Below are positions 21,347 through 32,464 of a stretch of 64,000 bases of DNA, piece by piece. The notes below the pieces were generated by a model, which saw only the letters and a list, made by a program, of their open reading frames with translations, was not told the DNA's origin and ran no database searches. A program made the position numbers and the translations under genes. Origin of the DNA: an uncultured virus (IMG/VR IMGVR_UViG_3300014208_000040) (taxonomy: Duplodnaviria > Heunggongvirae > Uroviricota > Caudoviricetes); IMG/VR virus record IMGVR_UViG_3300014208_000040. One strand, written 5' to 3'. Numbering within the stretch: the first letter of the stretch is position 1; each line of letters starts with the position of its first letter.

Positions 21347-21507
21347 AATGGCGAAATATAAAAAGTATGACACTTGACAATAAAAGAAATGGGTGATATG
21401 TTTTTATTGTAAGTTAAACATATGTATGGGTGTCAGTGGTAAGTCGATTAAGATGACGAACCTCCCGACATATCGTAAAATAACCGAGATACAATAAGGA
21501 TTGATTT

Positions 21508-22455
21508 ATGAAAGATATAAAATCTGTTGATTCCGTTGGTGTTATTGTTGGAAGATGGCAAGTTCCTGACCTCCACGATGCCCACAAAGAACTGATTCAA
21601 GAAGTTCTTAACAAACACCCAAGAGTTATTGTTTTTGTTGGTCTTGCTCCCGACTCGTGTAAGTGTACCCACAACAACCCCTTGGATTTCGCCGCTCGCA
21701 AGGCCATGATTGAAGAAGCGTTCCCGCGTGTTGAAGTCCTCTACATCAAAGATATTGGTAACAATGAATTGTGGAGTAAAGAACTTGATCGCCAAATTTC
21801 CCGTAACGTCCTCAATGAGAAAAAAGATAACATTGTTCTCTATGGCGGGCGTGATAGTTTCATTTTCCACTACAAGGGAATTCATCCTACCCAAGAATTG
21901 GTGCCTGGCCGTTTCATTTCCGGTAAGGAAATTCGTAAGAATGTCGGCGTAACAACCAAGCGGACAAAAGAATTTAGGGAGGGCGTCATTTGGGCGGTAG
22001 AAAATCGGTGGCCTTCGGTTCTTCCAACAGTTGATATCGCTCCAATTGATACGGAGAAGGACCGAGTGTTACTGTGTCGGAAACCAAATCAAACGAAGTT
22101 CCGTTTCGTGGGTGGTTTTGCTAGTCCTGACTCTGATAATTTTGAAGTGGATGCCGCTCGTGAATTATTGGAAGAAACCCATTTGGTAGGTGCCAATTTC
22201 CGTTACCTTTGTAGCGCTCGCATTGACGACTGGCGTTTCCGAAACGAACGTGACAAAATTAAAACTACTTTCTTCATCTGTGAATACATGGGCGGAGTCC
22301 CGCAAGCCGATGACGATATTGCAGAAGTCAAGTGGTTTGACTTGGAGACTTTGACAGAAAACGATTTGGTGGAAGAACATAAAGTATTGTTTCTTACACT
22401 AAAAGAGAAGGTGATAGACCCGCTAGGTAAAGCTACCGCTGGTGTATGTGCCTGA
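21508..22455 (+). CDS. Bifunctional NMN/NaMN adenylyltransferase - Nudix hydrolase (NadM-Nudix)
   Basis: VGRWQVPDLHDAH (HxxH), NPLDF..R, SGKEIR, Nudix box GGF...AARELLEET. Confidence 0.9.
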   Translation: MKDIKSVDSVGVIVGRWQVPDLHDAHKELIQEVLNKHPRVIVFVGLAPDSCKCTHNNPLDFAARKAMIEEAFPRVEVLYIKDIGNNELWSKELDRQISRNVLNEKKDNIVLYGGRDSFIFHYKGIHPTQELVPGRFISGKEIRKNVGVTTKRTKEFREGVIWAVENRWPSVLPTVDIAPIDTEKDRVLLCRKPNQTKFRFVGGFASPDSDNFEVDAARELLEETHLVGANFRYLCSARIDDWRFRNERDKIKTTFFICEYMGGVPQADDDIAEVKWFDLETLTENDLVEEHKVLFLTLKEKVIDPLGKATAGVCA

Positions 22456-22482
22456 AAACAACAAACAACAAAAAAACACAAA

Positions 22483-23274
22483 ATGAAAAAAACACATTTA
22501 GTTTCCATAGATTGCCAGAATGACTTCTGTGATAAAAAAGGTGCTTTGTTCGTGGGTGGTGCTGACCAAGATGCTGTTCGGCTTGCTACCTTCATTACGA
22601 AGAACCAAAACCGCCTAACCGAAATCCACTGTACGTTGGATTCTCACGACCCAATCCATATTGCCCATCCGCAGTTTTGGGTGAACTCCAAGGGGTCACA
22701 ACCGGCTCCATTCACGCTCATCACGGCAGATGACGTGAAGAACGGTGTGTGGAGAGCCTTCAATCCTCAACTCCAAGTTCGTGCCCAAGCCTACGTGGAA
22801 ACCTTGGCCAAGAACAAGCGTTACGTGTTGGTCATTTGGCCGCCACACTGCTTGATTGGTTCGTGGGGCGCCGGTGTCGTTCCGGCTGTTCACGTCGCTT
22901 TGACCGAGTGGGCGACGAAGAGTTTCAACCGGGTCAATTGGGTTACGAAGGGTAGTAACTTCATGACTGAACACTATTCTGCCGTTCAGGCCGACGTGCC
23001 GGATGACCAAGACCCCAGCACGAAAATCAACACTGGCTTCATTGACATGTTGGTTGACGCAGACGAAATCCTTATCACGGGTGAGGCTCTATCACATTGT
23101 TTGGCCAATACTGTTCAAGATTTGGCTAATAATTTCGGAGACGATAACATTAAGAAATTAGTTCTTTTAACTGACACAACTTCAAGTGTGACCGGTTTCG
23201 AAAAATTAGGAACCGATTTTGTAATAAATATGACAAAACGTGGTATGAGAACCACTACAACAGCCGATTATTAA
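22483..23274 (+). CDS. pncA: Nicotinamidase / isochorismatase-family hydrolase
   Basis: IDCQNDFC, LDSH, WPPHCLIGSWG, KG, GEALSHC. Confidence 0.85.
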   Translation: MKKTHLVSIDCQNDFCDKKGALFVGGADQDAVRLATFITKNQNRLTEIHCTLDSHDPIHIAHPQFWVNSKGSQPAPFTLITADDVKNGVWRAFNPQLQVRAQAYVETLAKNKRYVLVIWPPHCLIGSWGAGVVPAVHVALTEWATKSFNRVNWVTKGSNFMTEHYSAVQADVPDDQDPSTKINTGFIDMLVDADEILITGEALSHCLANTVQDLANNFGDDNIKKLVLLTDTTSSVTGFEKLGTDFVINMTKRGMRTTTTADY

Positions 23275-24070
23275 CAAATTCTTCATACTTCAACCTTTTT
23301 CTGGATAATCCTAAAGATTGTCCAGAATAAAGGTATGAAAGAAATTTTTTGATGTGTTCTTTACCATAAAAATAAACATACGAAGATTGATGTCCTAGTT
23401 TATCTTTTTTGCGTCGAATTAAACCGGGAGTTTTTTGAATTATTTTTTGAATGAATTGAATCGTATCATTCCAATTTTGATTATGACTACCCGTGAAAGA
23501 TACACAACTTCCAGATTTTCCATTAGAAAAACATCCATCTCCGTCAAAATAACCACGAAAAAAATAATGCCGTAATGAAATTGGAATTTTTGATAATATT
23601 TTAGATGGACTAGACACACTTTTTATTGAATAATCATTATCAACCAAAAACTGATGTAGTGTATAATCATGAATATGAAACATAAATTGACCGTTTCGTT
23701 TTGTGACATGAACATTAAATGGAATATGTTTTAACAAAACATCATGTAACTCTTTACCATCTTTTTGTTGAACAGAAATAACGATGCCATTTTTTCTTTT
23801 AGTGATATGTCCATCCGCCCAAATAAATCCGAGGATATAGGCCATTTCCGGAGATTTAATGTTAAGAAATGGAATCATATTAACTTTTTGTGGAGACTTA
23901 TCCAGTTTCCATTGATCGGAATTTTTTCTAAAAAGTCCCAACGAATAGGCTTTTTTCTCAACATATGGAGAATTCCTATTCAAATGTTCCGCACATTTTT
24001 TTACTCCAAATTGTATAAAATTCTTTTTAAGGAAATTGATTTCGTCAGTAGTAAATTTTTTATGTTTCAT
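23255..24070 (-). CDS. LAGLIDADG homing endonuclease
   Basis: YILGFIWADG and FFRGYFDGDG motifs. Confidence 0.9.
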   Translation of the reverse strand: MKHKKFTTDEINFLKKNFIQFGVKKCAEHLNRNSPYVEKKAYSLGLFRKNSDQWKLDKSPQKVNMIPFLNIKSPEMAYILGFIWADGHITKRKNGIVISVQQKDGKELHDVLLKHIPFNVHVTKRNGQFMFHIHDYTLHQFLVDNDYSIKSVSSPSKILSKIPISLRHYFFRGYFDGDGCFSNGKSGSCVSFTGSHNQNWNDTIQFIQKIIQKTPGLIRRKKDKLGHQSSYVYFYGKEHIKKFLSYLYSGQSLGLSRKRLKYEEFVNNRLL

Positions 24071-24197
24071 ATATCGGATATGGTGTTACAGTTACAATGA
24101 ATACATAGAAGACAGAAACAGAAAACAGTTGACTTTTTTCACTGTTATGATAGAATTACGTTACGATAGATAACAACCAAAAAAGAAAGAATAAACT

Positions 24198-24947
24198 ATG
24201 AGCCTTCTAAATACAGGACTTGATACACTCAAGGCTGGAAGCAACTACAAATTCAGTGCGACCAAAATTAAAAATCTTGGTGCGAGCGAATACACCCTCG
24301 CAACGATAGTGGTGGACACAAGTTCGTCTGTCACGGACTTCGCTGCTCAGTTGGAACAAACGGTCAAGACAGTGTTCAAGGCGTGTGACAAGTCACCCCG
24401 CCGAGACAATCTGTTGCTCCGTCTGACTCAGTTCAATGACCAATTGGCTGAGATTCACGGGTTCAAACAACTCGGCGCCATCAAAGAAGATGACTACAAC
24501 GGTGTCCTCAATGTCGGTGGTATGACGGCATTGTTTGACGCAATGGATGAATCCATTACCGCAACGGCCACTTATGGTAAGCAGTTGACCAGTCAGGACT
24601 ACTTCTGTAATGCTATTATTTTCGTAATTACAGATGGACAAAGCAACCGGGGGTCAATTATGATTCCCGATACGATTGCTAAGTCGGTGGCGAATGCTCG
24701 TAAAGCAGAAAATCTTCAGTCGATTCTTGTTATTCTAGTTGGTGTAACCAATGATGATAACAATCTTGATGCTTATCTCCAAGATGTCAAGGACAAGGCT
24801 GGCGTCAGCCAATACGTTTCAATCGGTAAAGCGACTCCGGGTAAACTGGCCAAGTTGGCTGAATTCGTGAGTCAGAGTATTAGTAGCACCAGCACCGCAT
24901 TGGGTTCGGGTACTCCAAGTCAACCGATTAACTCGTTTAAGTTCTAA
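24198..24947 (+). CDS. von Willebrand factor A (TerY-like) protein
   Basis: MIDAS VVDTSSSV, GGMTALFDA, VITDG. Confidence 0.85.
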   Translation: MSLLNTGLDTLKAGSNYKFSATKIKNLGASEYTLATIVVDTSSSVTDFAAQLEQTVKTVFKACDKSPRRDNLLLRLTQFNDQLAEIHGFKQLGAIKEDDYNGVLNVGGMTALFDAMDESITATATYGKQLTSQDYFCNAIIFVITDGQSNRGSIMIPDTIAKSVANARKAENLQSILVILVGVTNDDNNLDAYLQDVKDKAGVSQYVSIGKATPGKLAKLAEFVSQSISSTSTALGSGTPSQPINSFKF

Positions 24948-24955
24948 ACTAAAAC

Positions 24956-24981
24956 GGGGTTGGCCCGTAAGGGCCAACTCC
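24956..24981. terminator. Strong hairpin after the vWA gene
   Basis: GGGGTTGGCCC-GTAA-GGGCCAACTCC flanked by A-runs; no plus-strand U tract. Confidence 0.5.
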
Positions 24982-25461
24982 AAAATAAAATGAAAATGCA
25001 TCATCATTTATGGATATACAATCGACCTCGTAAAGCAATAAACTATCCGTGGGGAAGGGTTAAAATTAGACATTGTATATGTGGTGAACATCAACAATGG
25101 TTTAGGGGAAGTTGGATACAATTCTCATCCTAAAAAATCAAGAACTAAACTATTTGGCGGTGTCATTGGAGAGAGGAACGAAAACTAAGACCGTAAGCCC
25201 ACGGGTTAAATAACAAGAACCGTCAGTGACACTACCACCAACTTTCAAAAATATGACAAGACTAACGGAAGATAAAAGACCAATCAAATCCATATCATCC
25301 GATGAAGGACGTTATACGTTAAAAATTGGTCAAGATGGCATCACTAAAATTGAAGTGTATGAAGAAATGGGTCAAATGACATATATCCCTTGGATAGCCA
25401 TTTGGAAAGGAGACGTTCTCTCTATACGAATGGATGTTCAAGGAAAATCGATTGAATATTT

Positions 25462-26286
25462 ATGAACGTAGATAACGATTTCCAAATTGGATGTTCACAC
25501 GTAGTTTGTGAAGACTACTCCCTCTCCGGTATGAGTGAGAATGATATGGGTGCCTTCATCATTGTGAGCGACGGCTGTTCCGCTTCTGGAGACGTGGATT
25601 TCGGAGCACGCCTCTTAGCTATGGCCGCACGGGAAACATGGGTCAAGATGAACTCCAATTTGTTTCACACCAAAAAGACCGACGTTGACTATCTTGATTT
25701 CGGAAGTCAAGTCATTCAACGAGCCAACGTCGTTCCACCATTGTTTCCATCGTTAGACTCCGGTGTGTTGGATGCCACGTTGTTAATGGCATGGGTTGAT
25801 TCAGGTGTAATGAAAATGGTCATGTATGGAGACGGCGTGTTTCTTCATAAGACCAAGGATGGAATACATGCCATTCATGTGTCATTCACCAACAACGCTC
25901 CGTCATATTTGTCATACCTTCTTGACAAAAACCGGCAAGCCGGATACATCGCAATGGGTGGTAAGAAAGAAGTCACCAACTGTATGATTGTTGACGGAAA
26001 AGTTGTCACATCCAACACGACTGCGGTTTCTCCATTTGAACCTACCACGTTTGAATCTGCTGTTGGGCCGGGCGATGTCATTGCTCTGTGTTCGGATGGT
26101 ATCAATTCCTTCCGCACGGCAGGCTTCACTAACATTGAATGGATGGATTTGCTTGAGGATTACATCGGTTACAAGAATTTTGACGGCGTGTTTGTTAAAC
26201 GAAGAATGGCAGCCTTCAAACGAAAATGTCTCAAAGAAGGCACGACTTTTTATGATGATATAAGTATTGCGAGCATAGTTGTATGA
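25462..26286 (+). CDS. PP2C-family protein phosphatase (TerY-P-type)
   Basis: GCSHVVCED, IVSDGCS, ATLL, YGDG, LCSDGI, DDIS. Confidence 0.88.
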   Translation: MNVDNDFQIGCSHVVCEDYSLSGMSENDMGAFIIVSDGCSASGDVDFGARLLAMAARETWVKMNSNLFHTKKTDVDYLDFGSQVIQRANVVPPLFPSLDSGVLDATLLMAWVDSGVMKMVMYGDGVFLHKTKDGIHAIHVSFTNNAPSYLSYLLDKNRQAGYIAMGGKKEVTNCMIVDGKVVTSNTTAVSPFEPTTFESAVGPGDVIALCSDGINSFRTAGFTNIEWMDLLEDYIGYKNFDGVFVKRRMAAFKRKCLKEGTTFYDDISIASIVV

Positions 26287-26521
26287 ATTTCAAAATCAAT
26301 GATAAAGTAAAATCTATTGCTCCCGGCGATGACAAACGATGGAGAGGTATAGTTGTTCAAGTTGGAGTTGGCCAAGTTAAAATACGCCGAGCTTCGGATA
26401 AGAAGGGCAAAGATGTCTTTTGGGTTTTAACAAATCACTTGGTCGTTGTATGAAACGAGAATTCCAATTTACAATCACGAATACTCTTTCTATTTCATTT
26501 GGGGTTGGTGTGGCTTTGTAA

Positions 26522-27082
26522 TTGAATTTAGGTAATATGAAATCATCAATTGAACAACTAATCAAGCGAATAATGAAAGAAGTCAATATAGACCGAAATA
26601 TTGACCACCTTTCAACATTAAAACAGGTTAACATTGAATCAAAATTGAAAACATTAAATTTTAGTGTTGATGATATGGAATATAAAGTTGAAATTAAAGA
26701 TCAAATGTTTAATAATACTGTATTATCTATTTTTTCATTTGTTAATATGACGGCCAAGAAAAAACTCGTTAAAGGAAAAGATGAAGATTTATCCTTCTAT
26801 TCGGATCGTTTGGCTCAAACAAAAACAGGTAAGACAGGAACGGGAAAACAAATGAGAATTTTCAACGAAATTTACAATGTTTTCATAAAATACATTGAAA
26901 AATTCAAACCTAAATATGTCGGTTATGAAGCCATAGAAACCAATCGTCAAAAATTGTATTTTACTTTGATGAAAAGAGCAGTAAAACAAACCAATCTCCG
27001 GTTTACACAATTAAAAGTTCATCCATTTACAGAAGAAAAATTAGACCCCATTGAATTTTATTTTGAAGTGATTTACTCATGA
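26522..27082 (+). CDS. Hypothetical phage protein
   Basis: Low-GC ORF coupled to the kinase by an ATGA overlap. Confidence 0.6.
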   Translation: MNLGNMKSSIEQLIKRIMKEVNIDRNIDHLSTLKQVNIESKLKTLNFSVDDMEYKVEIKDQMFNNTVLSIFSFVNMTAKKKLVKGKDEDLSFYSDRLAQTKTGKTGTGKQMRIFNEIYNVFIKYIEKFKPKYVGYEAIETNRQKLYFTLMKRAVKQTNLRFTQLKVHPFTEEKLDPIEFYFEVIYS

Positions 27083-28800
27083 AAATTAGAATTGGAAATA
27101 CAAAAGCCGTTATTGATTTATCTCCAAAAAGTTATTTGGGGGCAGGTGGTGAGGCTAGTGTTTACAAACATGCCGGTCAGGTCTTCAAAATGTATCATGA
27201 ACCTACGAAGAAAATTATTCCGGCTCAGAAAATGAGAGAGTTGTCGGCCATCACCAATCCTCAAGTAGTATTGCCTAAAGAAATCATCTATGACGCCTCG
27301 ACGGGTGAACCACTCGGTTACACGACCAAGTATGTTGATAACGCTGAACCATTATTGAAATTGTTTACTCGGACATTTAAACAAGACAACAACATCGATC
27401 CGAAAATGGTGGCGGATTTGGTCAAACAACTGCAATTGATAACAACGGATGTTCATAATGCTAAATGCCTTCTGGTTGACTTCAACGAGTTAAATGAATT
27501 GGTCAACGTTACACCACACAGCCTGACTCCGTGGTTCATTGATACCGATTCGTATGCCACTCCATCGTTCAAGGCTACCGCGATCATGGACAGCGTGAGA
27601 GATAGACGAGTTTCGACTTATGATAGTAACGGAGTTCTACATTATCATCCCGATGAAATGTCGGATTGGTATTCATGGGCCATTTTAACTTTTTGGTTAT
27701 ATTGTAATATTCACCCGTATAGGGGGAATCACCCCAAGTATCGGCCAAAAGATAAGAATAAACAAATGGATGACGGTATCAGTGTCTTTCATAAAGACGT
27801 GCGTGTTCCCCAATGTGTCAACCCATTCAACGTCATTCCAAAACGTCACTTGGATTGGTATCATTCGGTATTCATGAATGGCGAACGTAGTGTTCCACCG
27901 TTGGCCGATAGTAGTGTTCCGTTGTTGGTGCCAAACGCCATAATTACCATCAAGGGTAACGCTCGAATTGACGTGACTCAAGTTGGTTCATACTCTGAAC
28001 CAATCTTGTATGTGACTCAGTTCTTTGGCCTCAATTATATTGTGACACACAAACACGTCTATCGGGATTCTATGCCAGTCATGGATATTGGAAAGGCCAA
28101 AAAGGTTTTGGTTGTCCCAAGTTCGGATGGAACGATGATTGCCGCGACATTGTTGGGAACAAAGGTTACGTTTAGCGAACTCCAAACCGGGAACGTCATT
28201 GGAACGATTTCTAGCACGGACATGTTTGTTAGAAACGGATTCATCTATACGATGACTAACGACCGTTTAACTGAAAATTCTTTCTCGACATTAGGAAACC
28301 GGGTCATTCATCGAATTGCCGAAGTGGAAAACATATCGGCCTATTCGGCGAAAGTGTATGAAGGATGTGTAATTCAGGATTTGTTGGGTAAACCATACCT
28401 CACTATAGCTTCACGTAAAGGAGCAGCGTTCTCGAAACACTTACCTCAACTTGATGGTTATCGTATCATTGAAGCGAAGTCTGACAAATGGGTGACGGTC
28501 ATCGTTGGTGAAAAGAAAGGTCAATACGACCGGTTCATCATTGTGTTTACCAAGGATTACAGTTCGTTCGACATTCGTAAGGTTGAAGACGTTGCTTATG
28601 ATACTATAAATTTTTGTGTAATGGATAACGGACTATGTGTATTATTGGCTTCACCAACTGAATTGGAACTCTTTGTGGACAACAGGAATGTTGAGGTACT
28701 ATCCGACCCGCCGTTTGATGCGACGATGAAATTGTTCTCCACCCCGGACGGAATTTATTTCATAAATGATAACAGCATCCACAAAATTGCTAAGAAATGA
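27079..28800 (+). CDS. Ser/Thr kinase-like protein with beta-rich C-terminal domain
   Basis: LGAGGEASVY, VFKMY, VDFNELN catalytic loop, IDTDS, SDWYSWAIL, HPY. Confidence 0.85.
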   Translation: MKIRIGNTKAVIDLSPKSYLGAGGEASVYKHAGQVFKMYHEPTKKIIPAQKMRELSAITNPQVVLPKEIIYDASTGEPLGYTTKYVDNAEPLLKLFTRTFKQDNNIDPKMVADLVKQLQLITTDVHNAKCLLVDFNELNELVNVTPHSLTPWFIDTDSYATPSFKATAIMDSVRDRRVSTYDSNGVLHYHPDEMSDWYSWAILTFWLYCNIHPYRGNHPKYRPKDKNKQMDDGISVFHKDVRVPQCVNPFNVIPKRHLDWYHSVFMNGERSVPPLADSSVPLLVPNAIITIKGNARIDVTQVGSYSEPILYVTQFFGLNYIVTHKHVYRDSMPVMDIGKAKKVLVVPSSDGTMIAATLLGTKVTFSELQTGNVIGTISSTDMFVRNGFIYTMTNDRLTENSFSTLGNRVIHRIAEVENISAYSAKVYEGCVIQDLLGKPYLTIASRKGAAFSKHLPQLDGYRIIEAKSDKWVTVIVGEKKGQYDRFIIVFTKDYSSFDIRKVEDVAYDTINFCVMDNGLCVLLASPTELELFVDNRNVEVLSDPPFDATMKLFSTPDGIYFINDNSIHKIAKK

Positions 28801-29792
28801 AGCTAACTACAATTTTGAAATGTATCAGTAAAAGAACGTTGTTGAAGCGTGAGGTATGGAATGTGAATATCCGTCAAACTACCGCTTCAAGACACATTCG
28901 AGAACATGCTGATTTGGAAATGGCTATCCACAACGTTGATTTGAATACGTGTTCCGTATGTGGGTCGGTTTCTCATACAGGATTGATTGATGTTGCTCAC
29001 ATGAAAGCATCAAGTTCTTTTACAGATGATACTCCGTTAGGTGAAATCAATCACATTTTCAACTTGTTGACAATGTGTAAAACATGTCACCGTAAATTTG
29101 ATTTGAAAAGACATGATAAAAGTTGGAGTGACCACCAACTTAAAGTTATTGAAGTGTTACGACAACACCAAGAAAGAATCAACTACATTTATGGAGATGT
29201 GAAATACAAATCTCCGGTTGACTTGGATTTGATGGTTAAATTCGCAAATTCTCCTTTTTATTACGAACCGTTTTTTGAAATTGGTGGCCCTCTCGTCATC
29301 AAACCTACCGGCGATTTGTATTCTGTTTCAGACTCGGCGTTGGAACGTTATAGACAACAGACGATGGAGGAAATGACGAACAATAACACCGTTAATGGTT
29401 CTCCATATTTTAACCAACGTCAGCACGCTAAATTTGAAGCGTATAGACATGGAATGTTTGACGATTACAGATGTCTCTTATGTACGGAAAAAATGGTGTG
29501 TGATTTATCACACGTCAACCGACTGTGTGATATTCCTCCAAACACCCCAATGGGGGTCGTCAACCATATTCATAATTTGGTTTGGTTGTGTCCAAATCAC
29601 AATCATCTGTTGGATAATCCTCCGACGCAAAAAGTCGATGAACAATACAAAAAAGAATACGAGGGATTTCTTCACGGATTACAAACAAAGTTATTGGTTC
29701 ATCGTAACAAATACAAACAAATTCCCATTCAAAATAGTTCTTTCTCTTTCAATGCTTTAAGTTTTAATAATTGGAAATTGATTTGTTCTTGA
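28797..29792 (+). CDS. Protein with two tandem HNH-like domains
   Basis: CSVC...DVAH...NHIFNLLTMCKTCH and CLLC...DLSH...NHIHNLVWLCPNH. Confidence 0.75.
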   Translation: MKLTTILKCISKRTLLKREVWNVNIRQTTASRHIREHADLEMAIHNVDLNTCSVCGSVSHTGLIDVAHMKASSSFTDDTPLGEINHIFNLLTMCKTCHRKFDLKRHDKSWSDHQLKVIEVLRQHQERINYIYGDVKYKSPVDLDLMVKFANSPFYYEPFFEIGGPLVIKPTGDLYSVSDSALERYRQQTMEEMTNNNTVNGSPYFNQRQHAKFEAYRHGMFDDYRCLLCTEKMVCDLSHVNRLCDIPPNTPMGVVNHIHNLVWLCPNHNHLLDNPPTQKVDEQYKKEYEGFLHGLQTKLLVHRNKYKQIPIQNSSFSFNALSFNNWKLICS

Positions 29793-29823
29793 CATTCTCT
29801 AAATCCATGTTAGTCTATTCATA

Positions 29824-30165
29824 ATGAATCTAAATGAATTTCTTGCCAACGATAGTCTGAGGAACGCGTGGTTAGACGAGTCAGACATGAAAGTGTATGT
29901 TCGTCGTTCGGTTCGTTATCTTACCAATACTCCTGTTAAATGTTTGGATGTTGCCTCCATTGAAGTTGATGAAGACCATAGAGGCAACGGAGTATTTACT
30001 GCCTTTTTAAACCGATTTGAACAAGAAGCCAAGAAACTGAATCGTGTGGTATATGTTGAAAGTATCCTCGAACCACGACTTTACCAATTTTTGCTAACAA
30101 AGGGATACAAGGATGTTCCGGGCACCTGTGAAACGTCGCCGACCGTGTTCAAGATTATTACTTGA
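29824..30165 (+). CDS. GNAT-like acetyltransferase
   Basis: IEVDEDHRGNGVFT acetyl-CoA loop; FLLTKGY. Confidence 0.65.
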   Translation: MNLNEFLANDSLRNAWLDESDMKVYVRRSVRYLTNTPVKCLDVASIEVDEDHRGNGVFTAFLNRFEQEAKKLNRVVYVESILEPRLYQFLLTKGYKDVPGTCETSPTVFKIIT

Positions 30166-30526
30166 CTTTTTATATCACTGTGATATATTGATGACATGAA
30201 AGATGAACCAAACTTATGTTTTGATAGTCAATGGTGATTGTAGTTGACTTTCTATATTTCATGTGATACCATACCTTCATGAAACTAAAAAAGGTTATCA
30301 GACTCAAGAAAATCGACCTATCCAAAATGGGTCAACAAGGTGGAAACAAGGAAGATTGTGACCATAAGGATATTTCTGTTGAGAAGACCTACATGGTTCA
30401 GTATGAAGATGAAACTCTTGTGGGAAATTTTGAACGTGAGTGGTATGGTTGGAATTTCAGCTGGTTCAATATGACGTATTGTTATCTTAAACTTGATTGT
30501 TTGGATGAAGTGTGGGAGGTATTACC

Positions 30527-31690
30527 ATGAAAGTTAAAGACCCAATTATTACGAGTTTATTGGATAATGATCTGTACACGATAACGGTTGGTCAGGTCGC
30601 ATTTCAGAAATTTCCCGATGCGACGGTGGAGTATTCTTTCATAAATCGTAACAACACCAAATTTACAGAACATTTTTTGGCGGAGTTGAAACATCAATTC
30701 AGTTTGATGAAACAATTGAAATTGACTTCCTATGAATTGGTGTGGTTGAAATCCCTTGATTATTTCACCGATGATTATTTAGCTTGGTTAAACAAATACC
30801 AATTTAACCCAAACGAACTCATCATTAAACTTGTTGATGGAGTTTTAACTATTACAGTCAAAGGCAGTTGGATGCGAACTATTATGTGGGAAGTTCCAAT
30901 CCTCGCCCTCGTTTCCGAATTGTATTTCAAATTGGAAAGTAAACAAAAGATGGATGGGTGGATTGACCGAATTGCTCGCAAAGCTCAAAATTTAAGTTCA
31001 AACGGTTGTCTGTGGATTGACTTCGGTACACGACGCCGGTTTGATTTTGAAGTTCAACAAGAAGTGGTTCGTTCGATGAAATCTTACACAGGATTTCTCG
31101 GAACAAGTAATATGATGTTGGCTCAACAATATGAAATTCAACCTGTCGGAACTATGTCTCATCAAGGTCCAATGGCAATGATGGCGAAGTATGGTGTAAA
31201 AAACGCAAACAAACAATGGATGTCACATTGGATAGAGTGTTACAAGGATAAACTCTTGACCTATTTGCCGGATACTTTTACAACCGGAGTTTTCCTAAGA
31301 GATTTTGACAAAGAATCTGCTAAGGTTTGGAATTTACGTCAAGACAGTGGCGTTCCGTCGGAATGGATGGATACAGTTTTGGCCCATTATGAAAAATTGG
31401 GTGTTTCAACAAAGAATAAGAAGACATTTGTGTTTTCTGATGGGTTAACCGATGAAACTTACAAGAATCTTTCGTTGAAATATAGGAAGTATGCCACCAT
31501 AGTAGGGGGGATTGGTACTTCCATATCTAATGATTGTGGACACACCCCACTTAACATTGTAGTGAAATTGACCCGGGCCAACTTCGGTCAGGGTTGGGTA
31601 GATGTTGTGAAGCTATCTGATAGTAAAGGTAAATACACCGGAAATCCGGAAGCCGTTAAATTGGTCAAACTCGAATTGGGAATTATATGA
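30527..31690 (+). CDS. pncB: Nicotinate phosphoribosyltransferase
   Basis: SLLDNDLY, DFGTRRR, GTSN, GTMSH, LPDTF, RQDSG, VFSDGL, GIGT, NIVVK, VKLSD..GK. Confidence 0.93.
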   Translation: MKVKDPIITSLLDNDLYTITVGQVAFQKFPDATVEYSFINRNNTKFTEHFLAELKHQFSLMKQLKLTSYELVWLKSLDYFTDDYLAWLNKYQFNPNELIIKLVDGVLTITVKGSWMRTIMWEVPILALVSELYFKLESKQKMDGWIDRIARKAQNLSSNGCLWIDFGTRRRFDFEVQQEVVRSMKSYTGFLGTSNMMLAQQYEIQPVGTMSHQGPMAMMAKYGVKNANKQWMSHWIECYKDKLLTYLPDTFTTGVFLRDFDKESAKVWNLRQDSGVPSEWMDTVLAHYEKLGVSTKNKKTFVFSDGLTDETYKNLSLKYRKYATIVGGIGTSISNDCGHTPLNIVVKLTRANFGQGWVDVVKLSDSKGKYTGNPEAVKLVKLELGII

Positions 31691-32464
31691 ATGGATACTT
31701 AGGAGAATTTCCGGTGGATTTATCCACTACAAAATACAAAGGCTATACCCGTTCTGATTGGGCATTGGTGTTTATTGAAAAATACGGGCAGATTGATGGC
31801 AGATTTCTAAATTGAGTTACCAAAACGTTCAAAAATAATATGTCAAACTTCATTTACTACAAAAATTGGTTGGGTCGGGTCATTCAACATCATTCAGATG
31901 GTTCGTTAACAGTAGAGTTTAACTGTTACATTGAAAATGCTCCGTGTTATGTTTTGAGAGTATGGAAGGGCGAATGGAAAGATGCGGAGGCAAAAATATG
32001 ACCAAAATCTCAACGAATCAAATTATCTGTGAACTCCGGGCCGAAATTAAGGCTTTGAAGAAGGAAAATGCCGAACTCAAGAAGAATCAGAAACCTCCGG
32101 CTGGTATTCTTCATATCATTTCTGACACGAATGCCGATGGTGATGTAATGGAAGATTTGACGGGTCGTATCATTTTCATACCCGGTGACAATTTCGGTGA
32201 GAAATATTACGGTCAGGAGAACACTTACACCATTGATTTCTACTGTGGTCCGGAAACCAAGGCTGGTTATCTGTTGGATTATAGTGACTGTGGTTTGTAT
32301 GACCAATTGGAAAAACTTTTCAAGGAAAGTAATTTGGAAGTTTCCATCGGTGATGCCGAGAATTATCACTCAGCGTTTATCCCTGATGGTTCAACTGCGA
32401 ATGACACTTGGGATGTTGTTAAGAGTATCCTTAAAAAAGCCGGTGCGGTTGAGAAAGGCAGGGA

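Noticed and set aside
21420..21507. NAD-sensing riboswitch upstream of NadM-Nudix
   Set aside because: No convincing stems or known consensus could be identified by eye
23255..24070. LAGLIDADG gene as part of an intein or intron in the nicotinamidase
   Set aside because: It is antisense and free-standing, and the nicotinamidase appears complete
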